From NCBI GenBank assembly GCA_013239625.1, contig MU053416.1, forward strand, positions 253,496 through 317,495: DNA of 64,000 nucleotides. The letters run 5' to 3'. The position numbers were made by a program, and so were the translations under genes. Position 1 is the stretch's first letter. Each line of letters opens with the position of its first letter. The notes beneath the pieces were generated by a model. That model was not told where the DNA came from. It ran no database searches and saw only the letters and a program-made list of their open reading frames with translations. This DNA is from Lama guanicoe (lineage: Eukaryota). Below are positions 51,531 through 64,000 of this stretch, in pieces.

Positions 51531-54500
51531 CGTGTGACTCTCACTGCATTCCCGTTGTCCTGGGACAGTCTCATCCATTTGATGTATAGGTGAGGGGCTG
51601 AATCTGGAGACGCAGCAGATCGAAGCACTAGCTGAGCTGGGGGTGGAGCCCATGTCTCCTGCCTCCCAGGCTGTTCTTCCTGCCCGACAGCCACCATGCC
51701 AGGTTAGGACATCAGAAACACCGCCAGGGATGTCCGAAGGAGCTCCTTACACAGGGAAAGGCGTGTCATGGAGTATGGGACAGAGTATGGAAAAGTTCAT
51801 CCTCACTTTGTCCCTGTGATTAGGTCAGTGGCCCCACTTTGCCCTGGAATTGCAGATGAGCTCTTCTGGGCCATCTGCCCCCCTCCGCCACTCCCTGCTC
51901 TGCTTCCCTGTGTGGCCATCGTACCATCCCTTGGGCAGAAGATGGCAAGATGCCTTTGCTGAGAGGTGATTCCCCTTTGCTGGGGAGAGCGAGGGAAGCT
52001 GTGTCCCCCAGCCTCGGGCCTCGGGCCCTGAGTCTGCTCTCCCCGCACTGGAGAGCATGCAAGGCGGTCTCATAGGTGACAATTGGTGGTCCTAGCACAT
52101 GCTACCGGGTCCACTGTGGAGTCGAGGTTCCTTAATTCTTGGACTTATTTAAGGTCAGACCATACTTTCTGGGTTTTGGTAAGTTAGAGAATACACCAGA
52201 GAACTGACAAAAAGAAATTCTCGGCCAGCCCTGCGAGTGAAAGGCACAGGGGACCCGAGTCCCACCTGCATGTGGTGCCTGGTGGGCTCTGGATGAATTT
52301 TCAGTTCCTCCCTGGACATGCCTCTATGGCTTAAGGAAATGTGAGACATGTTGTGGCCATGATGTGTACTTGTCCTCGTAGGGCTCTGTGATCTACACAC
52401 CTAAGCCCTCTTCTGCTCCTTGGAGATGAGGTGTCATGTTTAGGGTACTGGGCTTTGCTGAGGGCACAGCTGCCAGCAGCAGGCCACTAACAGGCTGGCT
52501 CTGTCCACCTCACCTGTCACCTCCTGCTGAGCCCCCAGGCATTAGGCAAGAGAGGTACATCAGTGATGCACTAAGGTGGGGCTGCACGTGCACACAACAC
52601 TGCAGCATCAGCAGGGACAAACTTCTCCCCCTGGACAGACTGGTGGATGAGTGGTGGAAGCCTGAAACCCTGCTCAAGCCCCCTGGCCAGTGCCTCCTCT
52701 TTTGTAATAGGAGGCACTTGTGACATTTTTGCCCAGCTACTGCTTGGCTCTGAGTCTGCGGACCCACTGGAGATTGCCAGCTTGTTTTTGCCTTTTGAAG
52801 TCTGTCCTCGGGATTTGGCGGAGGAGCTAATTTCAGGACAGTGTGCTTAGTGCATAGTGATTGACACTGCCACCATTGCTTACCCAGAACCTCGTCTAAC
52901 AGGCACAGCTCTGGGCATCAAAATACAGCAGAGCATTAAACCTCCCTCCTGTTGGATCTGTCTGTTCTGGCACCAGAAGCGCTCGGCCAGCATCTGAACG
53001 TCAGTGAGATAACGCAGCCAGTGAGCTCCGGTCAAACACATTCTCCTCCCATCACTTTTACTCCATTGTTGCTTTTATTCCATAGTCACCCAACTTTTAA
53101 AACAATGCTTTGCTGCAGGAGCAGAGCCTAATTCTCTCCTGCTAGTCTTGGTGGGAGTGAGTAAAACTGTCCAGCCTGAAATGTGACCAAGTTTTGTAGA
53201 TCAAAAGCTGTCTAGGCACATGTAGGTGGAGTTTTGGTTTGGGGCGCTGATGACGTTGGTGTCCCCACGGCAGTGTCGTTCCCCTCAGTCCCCTGGCTTT
53301 CCCGGAGCAGGAGGTGAAGGTGGGTCTCACTGTCCCCGCGTCTCTGGCCTCATCACACTCAAGTAAATTCTTATATTCATGCTGTCAAAGTTATATTGGT
53401 TGTTGTGTATTTCTAACTTTTGCTTGTTCCTCTTTTCCTTTTTCTCTCGTACCACCCTGTGAGCATGCTGTTGGGTCTGAAAAGGTGGGTTGTGCACACC
53501 CTGCATCAGAAATACCTACATTTCACTTCGTGCTGCTTCCATCGCTTTAAAAAGCAAAAACTTAACACCTGACCTGATCCATTTATTATCCTAGTCATCT
53601 TATTACTTTCCTATGTTTTGGAATTTTTGCTTTGTTAACACATCATGCACTGGTGTTTGATACCTGTTAAAATTCTTGCTTGGAGGAGCCTGTTTGGTCC
53701 TTCTTATATTGGTGACCAATGAGCCATTATTAATTTTGCTTGTTTGTTTTGAGGAAGTGAGATGCGAATTGGTTTAGGTGGCTTCTGAGGGATGTTTTCC
53801 ACGAGTATTTTCACTTGGAAAGTCAAAGTCTGCAGTACCTTGCTTGATTCTGTCTTTTACTCGCACGCGGTTCCTGGTCATCGCTGTGTCACGAACATGA
53901 CGGCACTTCCTGGCCGGCGGTCACTGGGGAGGATGTGGACGGCTTGGGAGGGGATGAGCAGCCCACAAGGGGAGCTGTTAGAGGAAGCAGTTTTCTTTTG
54001 CTTTTGCCTTCCCCATGCCATTTACTTTACTTTGTCCTCGTAAAGGGGCAGAATTGGGTTTAAATCCATTTCACACTTTTGTTCCCTTTACGAAGCTGGT
54101 TTCTCTGAGTATCAGGATAATGTGGCCTCCTGCTAAGTAGCTGGCTCACTTGGATCTGGTGGACATAGGGACCACTAACAGGGACTGTAGCTTTCTCTTG
54201 CTTCAGCCAGTGGGCATTCAGAGCCGGGTCTGTGGTTTGCTTAAGCAGCCGTGCAGGCCTCCCTGCTCCGGCCTTTACTTTAAACACAAGTTGGCAGTAA
54301 ATAGCTGACTCTCTGTCTGTTGCAGTTGACGTCCACCACGGACGGCCGTGTCATTAGTTTGTGGTAGTGAGACTCCAACACCCCAGTCAGCCTTGAAGGG
54401 AGATGCTTTGACCGATGTAGGACCTTGGATTTTCACCCACACCCTGGTTCATCTCACCTGGGGGAAGGGTTTGGCCACCACTGTCATGCTGACCATGAGG

Positions 54501-57500
54501 CTTTGTTTCTCCTTTCATGCTCTAGTCCAAATGTGGACACTTCTTCCTTCACTGACTTGGTCTTGCTTGAGAGAGACAAGACTTTCTGAAAGAGTCCATC
54601 ACATTCTCGGGGAGAACAGAACAGAAGTAAATGTTGCAAGTTGCCGGGTTGGCAAATGCAGGCTGGGATCTGTGATGGCTGGGCTGTGCCCTGGACATAG
54701 GCCTTTCCCGTGACTCCCGAGAGCCCAGGGGTCGGAGTGAGAACAGCCTTGCCTGGGTTCCTCCATCCTCATCTGCTCACTGGCAAGTGTGTCTGCTAAT
54801 TAGGAGCTCCCCCAGACTTCGGGCCCTTCAAAGCTCAGACCACGGGAGAACCTTGGGTCCCTTCTCCTGGGCCTCCAGTGTGAGAATCCAGTGCTTTCTG
54901 AGGTGACCGGTGGCAGGAGATGGCTCCCTCTCCAGGGAGCACCGTTCGGAGGACTGTGGCTCACTTCACCATGCTGTGAGCTTGTGGGGTTCTGGCTGTG
55001 GTCCCTGCAGAACCAGACTTGAGATGGGCTTAGTGGTGGAAATAACAGGACTGATTCCAGGGCTGGACTGGGGGGAGGGAACAGGGGAAATTGAATGTGA
55101 CCTCAAACACCTAGGTGGGTGCTGGGGCTGTTACTAAAATGGGGAGCCTGGAAGATACCTGCCAGGAATCGAATTCCAGAGTAAATGGTGGACATGAGGC
55201 ATTTTTAAGATGCCCTTTGTCATCCAAGTAAGGACTTCAAAGATGCACTGGGATCTATGAGCCTGGGGCTCAGGTGAAGGAGCCGGACTAGAGATACACC
55301 TTGGGAGCCATCATTCTTAGCTGGTGTTCACAGCCATGTAGGTGGATGAGCTCATCTCGAGAGGTGCAGACTGAGGCTGAGAGGGGGCAGGGCTGTGTCT
55401 GGGTTGGAGGAAATCCCAGACCATGCAGCTTTGGTGTGTCAGTCAGCAGCGTTTGTGATTTTCAAAGCAATGCCATTTATCCTTAAGGGGCCGGGGGTGG
55501 GCAGGGCCAGCCAGGAAGAAATCTGAAGGGAGGGTCGTGGCCAAGTGTGCGCATCTTGGGACAATACAGTGGCTGTAGGGTCCGGGAGGAGAGACCCCTC
55601 AGAAGATAGAGTTGGAGTGGAGAGTGGGAAGAAGGTAGTCGGACTCACCTGTGAGGGAGGGAGGGAGGCCTAGGGAGTCCCCACCATATCGGACTCACTT
55701 TCCCATGAACAGAAGGCAATCAGACAGAGGATCTGATGTGAGAAGGGATGGACACTGGGAGAGGAGCCAACCTGGAGAATGGTTCTTGGAAAGTTCTGGA
55801 ATAGTCTCCCTGCAACAAAGAGTTAAAAAACCTCAGACTCTTAAGAACATTGATAGTGACTGGGGAGGAGACAGTTCTTTTTCTGGCCTCCTAAGAGTAA
55901 GGCGTGTATCCGGGACTACACAGAAGATACGGGCAGTCTGTTCTGGGGCTTGACCCTTACCAGGGGGAACAGAGCAAGTTTAAAGGGGGAGAAGGGCAGC
56001 GGAGGGAAACTAGCCAGGCCCTGTGTCAGGTACCAGTCAGCCACCCTACTTGTGTGTTGCATTCACATCCATGCCTCCCAGGTGGATGGTGGCAGCCCCC
56101 TTTTGAGGATTGGCAAGCCTTCTCAGAGAGGTTAAGGAATTGGTCCATTTACAGGCTAGTAAATGGTGTAGCAGGATTCAAGCAGGGCCTTGTCAGACTT
56201 CAAGGGCGTGTTTTCTCTACTAATTCCAGTACCTCCCTGTTGTACCTGGAATGGTGAAGTGGGTCAGTTTTGGAGCCTTTCAGAAAAAGTGAGATTTATG
56301 TGCCTCAGGACTGTTTCACAAAGCTCAGTGTTCTTTGATGGTTCGGAAGCACCGCAGTGCCTTACATCCCACAGAGGTGAGGTCTTACTCCTTTGATGAT
56401 GACGTGTCTGGAAATGACGTACAGGTGCAAAACCAGACTTAGCAGCTTCTGAAGGGAAACTCTCCAGTTCTCCCTTAATCAGCTTTCTTCCATGGGATGT
56501 AACTGTGCTGCAGCGTAGGCCTGAGCTTTCCATATGGAGTGAGGGTTTGATATCCAATGTTAGCATAAAACAATCAGATGAAGAAAATCGACTTTGACAA
56601 TTTGTTTTTGGGTTTCATCAGACAAGATATACTATCAGTTAATGGCCCATATAGTGAATGAAATTGAGTACAGAACATTGCATTTGTTACTTTCTATTTA
56701 GAGTTCCCTTACAGCATAAAGTTGCCTGCTTTGGAACATCAGCTACACTACCAGGGCGCCTGTCAGTGTGTTGGTGTGATTGCATTTATACAGTGAATGC
56801 AATCTGGGCTTCCTCAGCCCCAAACACTCCAGTGTAGAATCATGGGCTGTAGTCATCTCTAAGTCACACAAATACTTCTAAAATTATATGATGCCAGAAA
56901 AAAAATGAGAGAGAGAGAGATTGCCTTTATCAAAGTTCCTTTCAGTTCTAACTGCAAACTGTTGTTGAGCAGCTCTGGTTTCCTTTGGATATGAATATAT
57001 ACATTTCTTTGCATGTAACCTTGGGTTTGGACTAGAACACCAAGCTCTTGCTGTCCACAAGCCACAAAAATAGTAGCCAAATTGCACACATGTGAAATAC
57101 TGTATTCTTTCCTCTGAGAAATAATCCTTGAATTTGGGACTTGGGCTGTGATTTTTGCTTTTTGCTTCTCCCACCCCTCTTGTAATCTCTCACTCCTTCC
57201 CACGTGGCCCCCAAGAGGTCGTGGTCTCAAAGGAGTGGGCAAACACCCAGTTGGTCACCATGCAGTGCTGCAATAGGGGGAGACCAGACAAGACCTAAAG
57301 GACAATATCAGAGAGGACTTCCTGCAAGAAATGGGCTCTACATCCAGTTGTGAGGACAGAGTATGGTTCAGCCAGGAGAAGGAATCAAGAGGGTGGCTCA
57401 GGTGGCAGGAGCAGCTGAGCAGAGGCCTGGAGGCTTGTGGGTGAGGACTCGGGGAGAGTGCCCTGTGCGGTCTAGGGTGGAGGGTGCCCTGCTGGGGAGG

Positions 57501-59269
57501 ACATTGGAGAGGACCTGGGGTGGAGGGCTTTGGAGGAGGTTGGGTTTTTCTAGAACTGACACTGGAGGCAGTGAACGGTGTCAGCAGGAAGTGACCCTCA
57601 GGACAGGTACTCCTGGTTTTACTTCTGATGTTCTACAGAAAGAAGGGGTCGGACGGGTGATAGCAGCTCTGTCAGTCCTTTTGACACCCACCCCTTCATT
57701 CATTTATTCATAACACGCGCACTTCTGAGTGTGTAGGAGAGAGGGATGGACCCACAGTAGTAAGCAAATCATACTTGCCTCTTGCGAGCTTAGCAGTTTC
57801 AGAAGTTGACTCAGCGTAGAATGTTCTAGGAACACAGCAGGGGCACCTAACTAAAAGTGCGGAGGTTGGAGGCAGGGAAGTCTTCTTAGATATAGTGAAA
57901 ATGAGCCTGGAGGCGAGTGGGAAGTAGCAGGTGGTCAGGGAGCCCCTGAGGTCACTGGGGACTTGGGTACTACAGTGAGGCTGGGCATTTACGGACAGGG
58001 GTGGGGGTGGGGCTAGAACGCTACTAGGGAACCCCTGAAGGGTTTCAAGCAGGGGAGTGATATAATAAAATTTGTGTTTAGGGAAGGCTGCTCTGGCTGT
58101 GTGTCTGTGTGTGTGCAGTTGGGAACAAGGGGTGGGTGCCAGCAATTGGGAGGGTCATTAGAATACAATTCACAGGCTGGGAGATGACCAGTGGGAGAGG
58201 GGCATCGGGGCTGCCTGGGGACTACAGGGGCAGTGCAGATGCAGTATCTCCTTATGGGGAGGGCTTGTTAGCATGGCTGCCCTAGCAGCGCCTTGTGGCT
58301 GGAAGAAAACAGATGGAGGCCGCCAGGTGGACTTTCCTCTTCTCTCCTTCCCAGTCTTCTGTGATGATCTTTGCTCAGCCAACATTTGGAACAGAAGAGC
58401 TAAGTTCCAGGGTAGCCCAGGAGTTTGTTGCGCTCGTTTGAGTGAGATCTGATAGGATTTATGTTTGTGTTGAGATCTGCACGTTCACTTAGGTAGAAAT
58501 GCCCCATCTTTTGGATTTCCATAGGGGTTTTTATTCCTGATAAAAATTGCTTTCTTAGTGAGAGGAAATTGAACACAGCTACTGTTTTTCTCAAAAACAA
58601 AATCTTATCTTTAAAGAAATTTAATATTCAAAAGAATAGGAATATTTAAAAATGATAAAGTAAGGCTTTGGTGTAATATGTTTGGTTTCTGAATTGATGT
58701 GGAGTTAGAACCTTTGCATTACTTAATAGCACATGTGTGTCAGTATTTAAAGAGCTGTTATTGAGTGTCCCAGGCCCCACCTCTCAAAGCATCACTAAAG
58801 CTTGCTTTGAAATAGTGAGGTCATAAAGTTCTTTTTTGCAGAATCCAAATGGTTGGTTTATAATATACAGCAGAGCTTTCTTTATAAAATAACAAAAGAC
58901 TCAAAATTAAGAAATTGGAACATAATTGACTTTTTTTTAAAAGCTGAAACATTCTTGTGCTAATGTTGTGACTGGAAATTTTGGAAAGAAAAATCCTACA
59001 GTAATATTATGTATGTGAAATACATATATGCCTTTCATGTTTGAAAAATAACTGCACAGTGTTTTTCGAAGTCAGGACCATTCCAGCTCAGATACTGGCA
59101 GTTATGGTTGCTGGTTTTCAATGGTAGAGCCTAAATTTGCCTTCTTAGCTTTTTTTTTTTTTAAGTAGTGAGAGGGTTGAGTAGTGCTTTGCCAGCATGA
59201 TTTTGGGGCAATTTTGGAGCAGACATCATGCACCAGTAGTGAGACATTTCTGTGCATTTTACTTTCTGG

Positions 59270-59363
59270 ACGTCACCTGGCTGGGATGCTGTAGGTCTCC
59301 CTGGTTCATCACCATTTGTTCTGGAGCTCTTCCAGACAGTGAATGACTTTCTGTGGCTTGGAG
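59270..59363 (+). pseudogene. TRAPPC9: TRAPPC9 exon 3 pseudo-copy B (further deleted)
   Basis: Same GG acceptor as copy A; gggatgctgtaggtctccctggttcatcacc...gaatgactttctgtggcttggag|gtaagg. Confidence 0.92.
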
Positions 59364-61312
59364 GTAAGGTGATGTGATGCAGATGATCAGATGTGTAGTT
59401 AAAGTGCTATTACTTGAAATAAGAGGAAACCTAGAAAAATGGCTCTAAAATACTGGATGAGGGAGAACTGTCTGAGCTGCCTGCAGTGGGGAATCTTCTC
59501 AGGTGACTCCCTCACTGTGTATACTGTCACACTCCCTCACAGCCCTGCGCAGCAGTCCTGCTAAAGCAAGAATGCACTTTCTCAGAAATTGAATTTTCTT
59601 GTGCCTCTGTTTGTTGGCCTTTTTTAAAAGCACATCTTGCCCTCTGCTTAAATGCCATCCCTATTATTTCTGACACATATTTTTCCGGACCTCATCCATA
59701 TATAACTGCTAAATTGATGAACAGAATGTAGTATCTCCATGTAGTGGAATATTATTCAGATATAAGAATGAAAAAAATGAAAAAGAAAAAAAAGGGGGAA
59801 GATGAAAACGGCCATCTACTCTTGGAACTTAACCCTTACGGCACAACCCGCCCTTTTCCCTTTGAATCCCCACCTCTTATACTCCATTCTACTCTTTTTG
59901 ATAGTACTTACCACCTTCTGATAAACTTTCACATTTTCGAAAAAAAAAAGATGCTGATACCACTTCAACATGGACAAGCCTTGATAACAGTATGTTAAGT
60001 GAAAGGAACCAGACACAAATGGCCACATATTGTTGATTTCAGTGATCTGAAATGCCCAGAATAGGCACATGCAGAGGCAGAGAGCAGGTGATGGTTGCAA
60101 GGGGCTGGGTGGAGGGGGGATGGAGTGTGACTACTAGTGGACAGGGGGTTTCTTTTGGGATGATGGAGTGTTCTGGAAATAGATGGTGGTGAGGGCTGCA
60201 CAACCGTGAGTGTGCAGAAGCCTGCTGAGCGCTGTCTCTGGGAGTGCCTGTTGTTGGGGCAGCTTTATTTTGTTCTCACCCTGCAATGTGAAGAGTCATC
60301 TTGTGCTGAGGCTGTTCTACTCATGTGAGTGGTGAGACTCAGAGACTTTGCAGAGTCATGTTTCTTTTTTCCCCCTTGCTAAGTGTAGGCAGAAAAGGTT
60401 TAAGCCTGAGAAAGTGCTCCATCTGCAGAAATGTCTTTTAGTCTTGCATGGTGTAAAAATCTTGAGAGCTTTTTAATCGTTGAGGACAGTCTGTGGGGGG
60501 AAATAGCCCATGAAGCCTGGGTGAGACCCGGAAGAGCTGCGCTTCCCTCCATGACACGGGTGAGAATTTCACCTGCATTCAGGCAGTGAAGGGCCCAGAC
60601 CCGTGAATGGAGTTGACAACTGTGAATATTTATGTGTATCCGCTGCTTCATCTTGGATATTAATTTCAAGCTGAGTCAGTTTGTGGCGGCAGCCTCATCC
60701 TACATCAGAAATTTATGGTGTCTGCACTTTGAGGTGAAGACCAGACAGACTTGATTATTTAACAGTCTCTCTTGAATTGATATCTCAGATTCCTTTGTCA
60801 AAAGCAAAACAGCAGAAATACAGACATCATTTAATGCTGATGTGACCTGAAGCAGGTTTAGTCTCTGTGCATCAGTGCCCTTATCTGTGGGTAGGGAAGA
60901 TGATAAGAGTGCTTCCCTCAGAGGGGGCTGGTGAGGGGGTAGTGAGAAACACAAATGGAGGACTTAAACAAGATGCTCATGAATGACCGGATTCAATGAT
61001 CTCAGCCTGGTGAGGCCTCAGGGGCAGAGATGTCAGAACATAGCAGTCCTAGCCAGAGCTCGATCCATGTTGGCAGCTGTGATTATGATCAGTATCACCA
61101 CTGTGGGTTATCAGGTAGTTTTAAGACTTGGTAATATGAATTCATGAATAATGTTAAAAGACTAGACATCTCAGATCCGGTTTACATAGTTTTCAAGATA
61201 TCCTCTGAGAAAAGGGTTTCTTTTTTCCCCAACTTAAATCTGAGTTGAGTCTGCAAAAGAATTCTGTAGTCCTCCATCTTTGTGCTTTAATTCTCCATTT
61301 CTTCAGAAAACA

Positions 61313-61396
61313 TTTTTAAATGGAGTTACTGGGGACTGAACTGAGGACCTCATGCATGCTAAACACATGCTGTCCCAACTGAGGTGTAATCCCCCC
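61313..61396 (-). mobile_element. vic-1-type SINE
   Basis: tttttaaatggagttactggggactgaactgaggacctcatgcatgctaaac. Confidence 0.75.
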
Positions 61397-63327
61397 TATT
61401 TTTTAAACTGTTCTTTCTTAGTATTCAGAGGTTAGAGGCCTCTAATTATTTTTCTAGAGACTTGTTCATGATCCTGGAAGTCTATAAATAATGGGCAATA
61501 CTTGGCTTATTTAAAAAATCAATAGAACATTCTGCAATCCTTCCAAAAGGAAATGCTCATTGACTTAAATTTTTCTCCTTTATGGTGATTTCTACTTTTT
61601 GGTCTAGCTTAATTTCTTAACAGCCATCCTCATCATTACAATGACCAAATTCACCCTGAATGGGCATCGAACAAAGACTAAAATGCTTTTCTCATGTTTT
61701 ACTTCATAGCAGGTGTTTGAGGGTAGGTATCAGTGTCTCCTTTTTTTGCAGCTGAGGGATTGAGAGATGGGGCAGTTTGTCCCAAATCACACGCAGCTGG
61801 CGGTGGCAAGCTCAGGGCTGGAACCCAAGCTGCACAGGATGCCTTTTTAATTGCTCCTCTAATCAGCCTCCTGTTGAGTGGTTTCCCAAACCCCTATGAG
61901 TCCATAAATAACCGATTTTAGTGATCTTAGCATGAAGAGGCCTTCAAAGGAGAGACACCAGTGAGAATGTGAGACAGAGTGGCATAAATTAAAATTGTAC
62001 ATTTTCACAAATGTTTTATTCTCGGCTAATGACTTAAAAAGTTAGTGTTATTTATTCTAGTGTTCTGCAAGCACTAAAACAAAATATTAAAAATGATTAT
62101 AATGCAAAAGGAAAGTGAGATTTGAAAGTCCAACCACTGCTAATGACTCATTGCTTGTTTTTCTCTAGTGGTGCTTATTGAGAGAAAAATTTACAAAGTC
62201 TGTATTGGTTTTATGTAGTTTTAGTATGGAAGAAAAAATTGTCAGTGAATATTAAAAGTAAAATCTTGACTCTCTTCCTTCCTGATGATGAATATGTAAG
62301 TTGTTTTTCATGGCTTAAGTACATTTCCTTATTTGTGAAATTTGAGTAATGCTGTTTAACTTGTCTTGACTGTGAGAGTTAGACGCCTTGTATACAAAGC
62401 ACCCAAGAGGTGCTCAATAAAAAACTGTGTTGTCACAATGACAGTTTAGAAGAATCAACTCTGAATACTAAAGAGGGTGGCTTATTTCTGATACATATTC
62501 GATATGTATATATATGATATATATGAATATGGTCTACATTAATAAGGATTCAGTTGTTTTTTTGTGCAGTATGAAGTTTTGATGAAATCAATGTCATTCT
62601 TGTAAGATAGGGGCTAGTTAGATTGCCTTAAGCAGACGACCTTGAATATTATTTACACAGAATGTGTATTTTTACAACTCAGAATTCATATTGCCGTGTA
62701 ACCATCCACTAGAACTTTTAAATTTGTAGGAATATGACCAGAACCATTAATTTAGAAAAATCAACATTAAATATTTTTAGGAAATAAGCTTTTCTCTGTT
62801 GTGATTGAAGAAAATTTTTATTTTTTTCTGTACTCTTAATAGGTTTTAAAATATCAAAACATTGATTTCACATGTCACTTTTTAAATGGAGAGAATAAAA
62901 GCTCAAGCTGTTTTAATACATAAATTAATCTTTTTGCATTTCAACAAAATGGTATGATTTCCTGACTCTTTGGGAAGTCTATTTTGCAAGACACTTACAT
63001 TACCTACTGTTGGAAAAATGCAGAAGAGACTTTTATGAATGTTGGCCTAGTACAGATGTATTGGCATTTGACATAGTGCAAGACATGAGGACTAGGAGAG
63101 CTTTGCTGTTGATTGCCAGGAGGACAGATCCCAGGTCTCAGTCTCCCCTCCTGTAAAATGTAGAGGCTGGACTGGATTCTTTCCTCTTTTAAGATGAGTT
63201 TCCATATGCCTATGTCTTTTGTTTATATTCAGGTGTATTATCAATTTCAGATTAAATGGTGAATACCACTCTCTTCCCCAAAGCTGAATTCAGTATGTGC
63301 TAGATAAGCTCTCAGCTATCTGATTCC

Positions 63328-64000
63328 CCTTTCTTTCTTTTTTAAATTTTATTTTATTGAGTTACAGTCAGTTTACAATGTTGTATCAATTTCCAGTGTA
63401 GAGCACAATTTTTCAGTTATACATGAGCATGCATATGTTCGTTGTCACATTGCTCTTCACTGTGAGCTACCACAAGATCTTGTATATATTTTCCTGTGCT
63501 CTAAGTATAATCTTGTTTATCTATTCTATATATACTTGTCAGTATCTACAAATTTCAAACTCCCCGTCAGTCCTTTCCCACCCCCTTCCTCCCTGGCAAC
63601 CACAAGTTTGTATTCTATGTCTATGACTCTGTTTCTGTTTTGTATTTATGTTCATTTGTCCCTTTAGCACAATGTTTTCTTCTTTAGATTCCACATATGA
63701 GTGACCTCATATGATATTTTTCTTTCCTTTTCTGGCTTACTTCACTTAGAATGACATACTCCAGGGACATCCATGTTGCTGCAAATGGCGTTATGTTGTC
63801 ATTTTTTATTGCTGAATAGTATTCCACTGTATAAATATACCACCTCTTCTTTATCCAGTTATGTGTCAATGGATATTTAGACTGTTTCCATGTCTTGGTT
63901 ATTGTAAATAATGCTGCTATGAACATTGGGGTGCAGGTGTCATTTTGAAGTAGGATTCCCTCTTGAGATATGCCCAGGAGTGGGATTCCTGGGTCATAGG
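63328..64000 (-). mobile_element. L1 3' part at the site paralogous to 40660
   Basis: Same flank (tatctgattc) and 3'UTR; ORF2 C-terminus [15 protein letters not shown]...MRSLICGI. Confidence 0.95.

Larger units (their letters stand above)
46396..64000 (+). repeat. Segmental tandem duplication, unit B (continues beyond window)
   Basis: Colinear paralog of 24098-~41320; by eye mostly ~80-90% identical, with large indels. Confidence 0.97.

Noticed and set aside
1..64000. CRISPR arrays, rRNA or prokaryotic-type systems
   Set aside because: No repeat-spacer structure, rRNA motifs or operon-like ORF density; sequence is mammalian

Overview
Mammalian genomic DNA, almost certainly camelid (alpaca/llama/camel), judged from five copies of the camelid tRNA-derived vic-1-type SINE and artiodactyl-type L1 3' ends. 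No intact known protein-coding gene is visible. From ~22.9 kb to the end is an unprocessed partial TRAPPC9 (NIBP) pseudogene: promoter, first exons and coding exons 2-4 with their introns. It has been tandemly duplicated (unit A 24098-46395, unit B 46396->64000). The junction lies exactly at the 5' end of a near full-length L1, and the copies show reciprocal deletions and patchy near-identity suggesting gene conversion. The left 22 kb contains a CpG promoter with a canonical RFX X-box that may be bidirectional. It also holds several sets of phase-compatible exons that I cannot assign to known genes, and a ~243-bp and a ~175-bp tandem repeat, the latter with an NF-kB + IRF-like element. An inverted pair of ERV1 solo LTRs lies just upstream of the pseudogene, and unit A carries a polyadenylated LTR fragment retroposed by L1. 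Homology calls rest on my recollection of TRAPPC9 and repeat consensus sequences, not on searches. Gene models in the left part are inferred from splice signals only.
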